DNA from: Trichosphaerium sp. ATCC 40318
Lineage: Eukaryota; Protista; Tubulinea
Reading direction: 5' to 3'
Length of the DNA: 64,000 bases
Assembly: GCA_038496445.1 (NCBI GenBank)
Contig: JALMLS010000403.1
Coordinates: forward strand, 1 to 64,000
Positions within the stretch are counted from its first letter, which is position 1. Every line of letters starts with the position of its first letter. The notes below the pieces were generated by a model that was not told the DNA's origin, ran no database searches, and saw nothing but the letters and a program-made list of their open reading frames with translations. Position numbers and translations under genes: made by a program. This document shows positions 55,308-64,000 of the stretch, piece by piece.

Positions 55308-56780
55308 TCAACTCCCAAAAATATCACGCAGTACTAAAACACAAGATTAAACAAGGAAAAAGTGAATAAAATTTCCTCCGGTATCCTTTTGGACAGGGTT
55401 GGTACCTTGTTTTTGGTTACCAGTGAGCGTCTTAGGGAAGTCTACATTAATCGTTACGTAAATGTTACCTCTACTATCGGTAGAGTCTTTAACAGGCATT
55501 CCTTCACCCTTGGGAGCATTAGGGTGTTTCAAAGAAGAAAGCTTCGTGTCGTACTCGTAACACAACGACTTGGCCATGTTCAGTGATACCATCTCGCTCC
55601 ACTACGACAACTTCACCTCCAAAGAATGGTATCTCCTTCTTAAATCCTACCAAAGACTGTTTTTTGAAATGTAACGGTAAGTATCAAATGGTACAGTTCA
55701 ACAAAAAAAAACTACATACTTGCACGAAGTTTATTTTCATAGTTGTCTTCAAATGTGGTGCATTCAGTTCATATTTATGGTGAGGTATAAGAAGCTATAA
55801 TATGTTTAGTACTGTAATTGCAGCACTAAAAGTTGAATGAGGTTCTTCGTACCACTGTGAACACCAAATCTCCCGGCACCTTACCTTCTTCTTTATCACC
55901 TTCCTCTGAAAAGACCTACAGAATGTGAGGCTCAACTACTACTGCGAGGTATATCGTTTGATTTAAAACACATACTATACGGTCTCCGTGTGCCATTCCT
56001 TTCTCTACATACACTGACACAGTCTCATCTCTTGTCCCTTCATCTCCAGTAGACAAAACACGATTAACCTGAAACCGAAAAATGTTAGAACCAAAAGTAC
56101 AATATCATCCCTCTGAGCTAACCTCAATCATCCTTCCTTGGTACAAGTCTTCAAGAGTTACCTCTACAAACACTTCCACATCATCAGAGCGTCTAGGACC
56201 TTGACGATGACCACCGCCAAAGTGAAATTCGAAGATATCTTCAAACGGATGACCACCTCCGCCCCTGTTGAGTTAACGTTACTTTTACAAAGTATGTGAC
56301 GTGGCAAATCCACCGACATGCTGTTTGTCGTGTCTCACAACTTACCATCTGTTTCTTCCACCATTCTTTAGGCCCTCTTCACCATAACGGTCGTATTTAT
56401 CTCGCTTGCCTTTGTCAGATAAAACGCCATAGGCTATAAGTGTCAGAAATCGCAATTATATGCGTAGTACCCTCTGTCAACGCTTGGAATTTCTCAGTGT
56501 CTCCGGTTGGCTGTATTTTATTTATTAATAGTGATCAAATAACTAAACTACCTTGTCAGGATGCATTATGAGCGATTTTTTGCGGTATGCACGCTTAATT
56601 TCCTGTTGTGTTGCTACATATTGGATTAACAGTTTAAAATGTTGACAAACGCGCTGTACCTGATTTGGGGACGCCCAAAACGGCGTAAAAATCTTTCTCA
56701 CATGCTACTTGCGCAATAAATGCAATCAATAGCAAAATGCCATACAATAACAAGCACCTACACCCTGAGGCTGTGTTCAT
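55308..56780 (-). CDS. ER-type DnaJ (ERdj3/DNAJB11-like) co-chaperone
   Basis: Signal peptide, DFYAVLGV...HPDK J-domain, G/F region, VTLEDLYQG, EGMP...RGNIYV...FPKTLT. Confidence 0.85.
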
Positions 56781-56933
56781 GCTGCAACAAAACGTGAGTA
56801 AATACGTACTTGATGGTTTTAGAGTCAAAAGGCGTCCTTGGCGCGATTCACTCAAAAACGCGCCAAACGTTCCGCAATAAAAGCCATCTTGCTGATAAAG
56901 TACAAAAAAAGCACTCATCCCCTTTATTCGACC

Positions 56934-59919
56934 ATGAAGCAAAAAGGGTATTCCCAGAGTACTCACGATCCATTCAGTACGTTGCCCATACGGTTAATTT
57001 TATAATAAGGTCGTATTTAGGTCCAAATTATCGACCTCAGCAAATTACACCAATCTCTAGAAGAGCGCCTCCAATAGCGATAGAGATAACTTGTGTATCC
57101 CACAGCGTTTCTGCGTTCGCCCTAGAATGGTTCTTCGTCAACTGCGATGAGGCGCCTGTAGAAACACTTGTAGTATTAGACAGACACATAAAACCACGAA
57201 ATCTATACGTCAAGTTTAGAACTCCAGAGGTACACACCGCGTGTACACGACATACCTAAAAACGATTTATACAGGATGCTCAGATCGCATTAAAGACTTT
57301 CGAAGAGAACAAGGACGATAGGCATATTTATTCTGGTGACCCTGAAAAGCCTACAAAAGCTTTTCCGTTCTACAAATGGGACGAAATTAAGGACACAAAC
57401 GACAGTAACATGGTTAGACTACCTGACCTTGGTATTGGTAAGAGAACAAGGACTTTGAAACAACAATGTCAAAAAAAAAAAAACAAAAAAAAAAGCGTGC
57501 CTGCAAGCTTGATGTAGCCCTATCAAGCCTTATGATAGCGTAGAATTTTTTTTTAATACATTAGTGAGTCATTGTTGACAAGTTTGTTAAATTTTAGGTG
57601 AAAAATCGTTAAACCCTCACTACGTTCGTGTGTTTACACCAATACAATCAATCCAGCTTCATCAGATTGTAGAAAAGTTTGAAGAACTTGGTATAGAAGT
57701 GTACGCCTTTTTTTAATTCATTAAGAGTTGTCAAGCTTCACAGACAAAAAACAAATCTACTTCTGAGTATTTTACTAACCAATTGGGTTTTGTTTAGTGT
57801 TGGATCCTATTTGTCACTGGCAAAGCCCCCAAATGACAGGCTTTGTTTTGTTTATTTATATAATGAACAGGACTACTTGACTGCTTTAAGTTTTGATGGT
57901 AGACTTCTTTCAAAACGCCCTATGAGAGTTTCACGTGGACGTCGTAGCGAAGAAATGGCTAGAGAGGGAGAGATTTTAAAAGTACTTTTATCGCACCATT
58001 TTAGACATCCTTGCTGCACCTTTCTTTTTTTTTTGTCTCCTTTTATTTTGTTATCACTTTATTCATGTCTCCCTCATTCTACATAGGTAACTGTGAATTG
58101 CATACGTAAGCATCGGTTAAAACGTAATGCAAAGGCTATGGAGGAAGCTGCGTCTAATATAAATGTACACGCTTGGGGAGGTACCCGTTACAATGCATTA
58201 GAACCTACTCCATCAAGAAGTTCACAAAAAGAAGTCTCATCATTTGAAGATATCACTTCTTCGCCATTCAAAGAAGTATATGGTACCCGTTACAATGCAT
58301 TAGAACCCACTCCATCAAGAAGTTCACGAAAAGCACCAAAGCGAAAGATGGAAGTTAAGAAAAAGACTATGGAGCAACCTGTGTCTAAGACAGTACATGG
58401 TACCCGTTACAATGCATTAGAACCTACTCCATCAAGAAACTCACAAAAAGAAGCCTCATTTGAAAATATCACTTTTTCGCCGCTCAAAAAAAGGACTGAG
58501 ACAACGACAACAAACAACAAAGTTACTTCTTCAGCAGCCACGAAAAAAACAACAGCAAAAAAAAAATCGGCTGAGAAGCGTCCTGGACCTGCATGCAATA
58601 CATGTCGTATTAAACACCGTGGATGTGATCGTAAGAAACCTTGTGGTAATTGTAATAAGAGAGGTATTGAGTGTACATACCCTGACGGAAAGAAAAGACG
58701 GGGTTCAACTTCTGGAAAGACGAAATCAAAACAACATGTCAAGGTTTTACCAACAGATGGTATGGATATTGATGATAAAGTTTCTGAGAGCGCTAAGCGT
58801 ATTGTAATAAGACAATTAGCTATATCAAAAGAGAAGGCCGCATTAACAGTTGCAAAGACAGAGAACATAAAGAAGGAAAGTGATTCAGATGCTAGAAAGG
58901 CTAGACTTCAAAGGAGAAGTGCTATACGTGAAAGGGTGCTTCAAGAATCTTTGAGCAACAGCAGTGATGATTGTGGTGAAGATAGTGATGATAGAAGGTT
59001 GGCTGATGAGATGGATATTGATGATATTGATAGCAATAACTACAAGAGTACAAGTACAATGAGTGTTTCTCCCAGAAAGCAACCTAAGATTCTTCCATTC
59101 TTCAAAAAAAATACATTAAGTGAATCACCAGTTTCTCCTCTTGTTACTTCTTCTTCTCATGTTAAGTCTAAAGTAGACCAAGCAAGGAAAGATGTAACAG
59201 AGAATAATACTGTGATTCCAAAGAAAGCTACTAGCAAGAAGAGAAAGTCTGTTGTTCTTGATATAGACGTAACTGAAGAAGACATTAAGGAATACAAACG
59301 TCAAAAAGTGGCAACTTCATCATCGCCACATGTGCCTAGTACTCCAACTGCTACTCAAGATGTGCCTTCTCCTAGCACTGAAATCACTCCTTCAAAATGG
59401 ACAGGACTTTTAGTTATGAAGGGAATCAAACTGTTCCCTGTTACATGTCTTCTCTTGGAAGGAATATCCTTGTACGTCTTTTTTCTTATTTCATCTCTTT
59501 TTTTGACGAAATTTCCTTATGCGAATGCCACACGATTGTTATTGCTTCTTTTTATATTTGTCAAACAAGTTGACAATACAAAAAAAGTATTTGTATACAG
59601 TGATACATCAGCTAGGCCTTGGTCTTGGAAAACAACGCAGAAATGTTTTTTTTTTTTTGGCTGATTTTTTTTTAGACCAAAGAAGCTGAACTGTACTAAG
59701 ATGATACCTTTGGATAATGCAAAGAAACAGAGTTCAGGTTGGTTATCATTTGATATGATGAGCTTGAGGGTGGGTAAACGATATAACCAAGCACGTGATT
59801 TGCTTCACAAACAGAAAAAAATACTTGCTTGTGTTATTGGTGAAAAACGTAGAAAACTGTTTATTTTTCCACCAGAACAGAATTCAGTAGTATTACCTTG
59901 TAAATTAGAACATAAATAG
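56934..59919 (+). CDS. RRM-like x2 + Zn(II)2Cys6 + SPOC-like protein
   Basis: LYVKFRTPEDAQIAL and CFVYLYNEQDYLTALSFDGRLLSKRPMRV (RRM-like); ACNTCRIKHRGCDRKKPCGNCNKRGIECTY (Zn2Cys6); KWTGLLVMKG...KLFIFPP (SPOC-like). Confidence 0.7.
58180..58490 (+). repeat. Three ~40-bp near-identical coding repeats (GTRYNALEPTPSR)
   Basis: ggtacccgttacaatgcattagaacc(t/c)actccatcaagaa at 58180, 58282 and 58399. Confidence 0.95.
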
Positions 59920-60229
59920 AAATGATAATAAAAATAAAGTAAAAGATGTATACACAACTGTTTGGCAAAATACAATATTACATGGACGAACACGGTCAAT
60001 GATCTTAACCAGTTAAAAAGGAAACAAAGATAACCTTAATTTTTTGATCTTTGGATTGCAACGATATTTACCTTCAAATGAACTCTCCAACCTAGCTGTA
60101 TGCAACCATAGTCTCACAGTGCCTCAAGGCAAACAGTTTTTTTAGTTGCTTTCAGTTAAACTACATTTCAAACCAAAGATGTTCTTTTTATTGTTGCATG
60201 CTTTTTGTCGAGCAGTGACAACGTAATAA

Positions 60230-61002
60230 TTAAACACAGTCAACACTAGCACATTTCATTCTCCATATTCTATCTGGGCCTCTGTATTGACAGAATAAAT
60301 AACTACAAACCACTTAGACTTAGCTTACCCATATTGACTTTCAATCCCAACCATGTATGGCGCAAATGGTGGACAGTTTATATCACCTTGACCATTAAGC
60401 CCAGGCACTTGATTAAAAACATCTACTACAAGTTAACAATATCATTAATCAGAACAAACTGCACCTAGCCAGAAATTACTTGTAGTAGTGCAAGTCAACG
60501 AAGCATGTGTTCTTGTTATTGTTAGCAACACCTTCTTTAAAGTTACAAACAAGTTTTAAATGTACCTGCACCGGAATCCGAATGACCTATCCAAAGCAGG
60601 AGGGATCCAATTTGTTCCAGAGACAGCTAAGAAGATCATGTGAGAAAGCATTTAGTGTATAGGGATCAACATACCATCAAAAACATATCCGCCCGGACAC
60701 TCAAAAGTAAAATCAGATCCGTAAGCGGAATTGAAGTTTGTGTGTGAGCCTGTGAACACAAGTCCATTGTCTGTACATCGCCAACGAAACCTACGTGGTA
60801 AACCGGAAGCTGCTGCTGTACGAACACCAGCAAACCCACCAGTAGGGCACCATCTAGCCCATATAACATTCGCTGGAGTAGCGATTGGTGGTTGAGATGG
60901 CACAATGGCAGCAAGACAACTTATTGGTTTAGTATGAAGGTTACCAGCACTCTCAACGTACGTTGAAAACAAGAGTGAGATGAGGAAGACGTGCAGCGAC
61001 AT
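60230..61002 (-). CDS. Secreted dermatopontin/HAAF-like protein
   Basis: Signal peptide; repeated RRFRWRC, FTFECPGGYV..G, DRSFGFRC, CPP..YMVGIES, DRIWRMKC. Confidence 0.65.
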
Positions 61003-61707
61003 GCGGATGTTAATTGTTTTTTGCTATTGAATTAAGCCACATAACGAAGTACTGGGAACAATCACGTGAATCTTATGAAGACAGCCTGCTGTATAGGGAT
61101 TGCAAGAGCAAGTTCTTCAAATAGTAGGAGAATTACGCGCTCCGCTTACTCATGAGTTCACTTAACAGCGGTATGGTTCAGAACCTTGTTGTATAATTCA
61201 CGTGAATATCGAACCGTCAGTTACATGTTGTACTGGGCGGGAAGTTCTATTTGATACCACTACTGTAATTGCAACTTGCAATAAAAAGGTATTCACTTAA
61301 CTTTTTCCTTGCTGTTGTTGAAGTTACTTAGTTATGCCGGCTTTCTCGTTATTCTTCACAAATAAGATTTTTTGTAGGCTTCGCAATCATAGACGAATTT
61401 TTATAGTCAAATGTGCTGTCTAGACGGTAAAGAAACTCTTCCATATTTTTTGCGAGAAGAGAAAACACGTGATATTCGTATTTCAAAGATGGTTCTGTGA
61501 TGATCGTGGTCGATTTTACATCAATTTAAGTTTATTATCGTTTTAAAACAATGTTGTGTTGAAAAAATAATCAATGGTTGGCCCACCCACCGGGTTATTG
61601 AGCTTAAGTAAGCACCAAAAGAGTATAAGTAAGCTCTTCTAACATCTGTTACTTTGACATACTTTTTTTTAAGACAAAAGGTGGTGAGTCGGTACCATAC
61701 TACTGTC

Positions 61708-64000
61708 CTAGTCTTCTTCTTCAAGGAAGTTGACTGAAAAAGATCCCCTTCGTTCCTGGCCGTGGTATCCAAAGTTATTACTTGTTCCGAAAGCCCATAA
61801 TACAGTCATATTTCTAATCAAAAAAAAAATCAAAAAAAAACCTACTTTTGAAGAGCCCAAACAACTTCGTCATTTGACGTCGTTGTTCTTAAAATTGTTG
61901 TGATTGACGCACGTTGGTGTAATCACTTGATCGTATAGATCACCCGTATCCAATCTACGGGAAAAGTGAATGGTAGTGACATTATCACCATTAACAACTT
62001 GTTGAGTTCCTGAAAACGAAAGCACATTATCTACAACAATGTCAGTTGAATTGAATGCACTATTCTTGGTAGTTTCCCGTACCTACTCCGCCTAGCTCTT
62101 CGTCCTTATATGGAGCACCATTACCAGTTCTATTTGAATAGTAGTCGTCCACGGAAAGAATTGAGCCATTGTGAAACGTTGCAATATAAAAATCGCCACC
62201 AGCCATTAAACCTAACATACATGTTACTATTTCCGAGTTAACTAATAGTTTCACTAACTCGATGATTCACAATTATCAGAGCAAAGACCTAAACCACCCC
62301 ACACGTGAGCCTTTACAGTAATTCGGAACTAGAGATAACAAATTAGCTTCCAAAACAATGCAAAGCATACAATCCAGAAAAAGGCAGCAAAAAAATAACA
62401 CTGTAGCGAAGCAAAAAAAAAAGAGGTAATTGTTTAACGTACAGTGATGAGATCTAGACCTTCTACAGAGCCCCACTCCAGTGTATAAAAATCGTTTACC
62501 TTCAAAGTCTTGTAGAAGGGTTTTCCTGAAAGAAAAACGTCAAAAATCACGTGATATTAAAGAGTATTCTTTTGTACTTTGTAGAGGAACAACTGTCTCT
62601 TCATTGGCAAGTGTGTAACTAAAAGAACCTTATGTCAATACAATGGTATAGATGTAAGCTCAATTTAAAAAAATACCTCATGATAGCCATTACTGCAACG
62701 TTTTTTTGAAGCTCTACCTTGTCGACCTTATCGAAAGTGTCTGCATCTGTATGATGATAATAAAAGTACTTATATTCTGGCGCTTTACCACCTTCATTTG
62801 ACATACTCATGCCAGGCACTAACTCAAAAGTCAAAGACACCACTCAAAGGAAGAAAAAAGGGCAATAAAAATACAAATCCGAGATTTGGCATCTTCAACC
62901 TTTGTCGTACCACCATAATTCATCAATGGTTCAATATCGGCTCCTCCGCCACCATCTTGAACGCCTTCAGGTAGTATATCCTGCATATACTTACTAGCAA
63001 TTTCTTGGACATAAACCAAACCTTCATCGCCCTTATCACCCGAACTGTTAAAAAAACCCATTAACAAAATTTATGCTTATTTTTAGAAGCAAAACCTTAC
63101 CCTGTGAACCCCATATGTGTTGGATTGAATACACCTGAGTCCGACTCTATCGCAGCTATAGTATTTTCGACCTCTTTTGCGTGATTAAACAAATATTGTA
63201 ATCCACCTTGACCGCCATTTTCCTGGACAGAAAATATTAGAAATCGTTGGTAGGTTACTCCAGCTGTTTGTTTTAGATAAATAGAAACATGATCATTGGG
63301 AATCGTTAGGACCGCTAGAAACGTCAAGAACGAACATCATAGATGAGATGTTCAGACTATACACAGTAGTGTGGTATACAACAAAAAAAAGTTAAACACA
63401 TTTTTCTCATTGTGCAACGTTTCTAATTGTTCTGGTGTTTCTCGTTCGTTTTGATGTCTAAATTCTCACCTCGTTTGTCCACATGACAGCTCTTATTGTA
63501 CGTTTAGGTCTTAAACCCTCCGAAGAATTGGATAATTCCTTCAATAATCGAACTACTTCCCATGCAATAAAAGCACCACCTCCATCATCTTGAGCGCCTT
63601 CACCGACATCCCAAGAGTCAATATGGCCTCCGATTACAACAATCTCATCAGGGTACTCACTACCAGTAATCTCAGCCATCACTACATTCCATTAAAACAA
63701 TCAACTTGTCATGCTTTTTTTTGTCTTAGAAATAAATGATGTTTGCACAACGATAGAACAGCATGGTGTTGTATACTATCGTTATGCTTTTGTTGTATTC
63801 AATCAAGAAACAAAAATGTACCATTGTGAGATATAGCGTCTGCTTCTTGACTACAATTAAGTACCAAGTGAACAGTGATGTTCTCTCCTCGATCATGAAT
63901 GCGTTGCATTAGTTCTGCATCTAGAAATCATTGTTACTTTATTGTTATAAAATATGCGCTTGTTAATGTATTTTTGTTTTTTGGTCTGGTACCTTCTACT
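61708..64000 (-). CDS. Carboxypeptidase Q (M28) fused to C-terminal DOMON domain; 5' end lies outside the window
   Basis: GGHIDSWDVGEGAQDDGGG, WTNEE.G, AIESDSG, YFYYHHTDADT; spliced in frame into YTLEW..ITFRI...WGGLG..LMAGGD...FSRRLDTGD..D..VLWAFG...YHG. Confidence 0.88.

Noticed and set aside
58180-58490. CRISPR-like repeat-spacer pattern
   Set aside because: Repeats are in frame within a protein-coding exon, spacers are related to each other and no cas genes are present.

Overview
AT-rich (about one-third GC), gene-dense eukaryotic DNA with many short spliceosomal introns (mostly ~40-120 nt) and the standard genetic code. Gene content (PkbA-type Akt, PTEN-LIM, MLO, presenilin, a Zn2Cys6 domain) suggests an amoebozoan or similar protist; this is inference. 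About 24 protein genes were reconstructed by eye across introns, so ends are approximate: Atg22-like MFS (truncated), EXD1-like exonuclease, DUF1648 membrane protein, RhoGAP-C2-F-box, WRAP53, MLO, PTEN-LIM, an ankyrin/poly-Pro/acidic-W protein, a TPR protein, GT90, TTC39-DEP-DUF547, rhodanese, a His-tailed ependymin-like protein, DUF1971 cupin, presenilin, MLH1, an orphan, LKB1-like kinase, DHDDS, intronless F-box/MORN-variant, UBE2S, Akt, DNAJB11-like, RRM-Zn2Cys6-SPOC, dermatopontin-like and a carboxypeptidase Q-DOMON fusion. Positions 1-2323 are an inverted copy of 16510-18846, probably an assembly or amplification chimera. A poly(A)-tailed retroposed fragment lies at ~35974-36360. The palindrome CACGTG is strongly over-represented (47 by hand count), mostly in introns. 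No tRNA, rRNA or CRISPR array was recognised.
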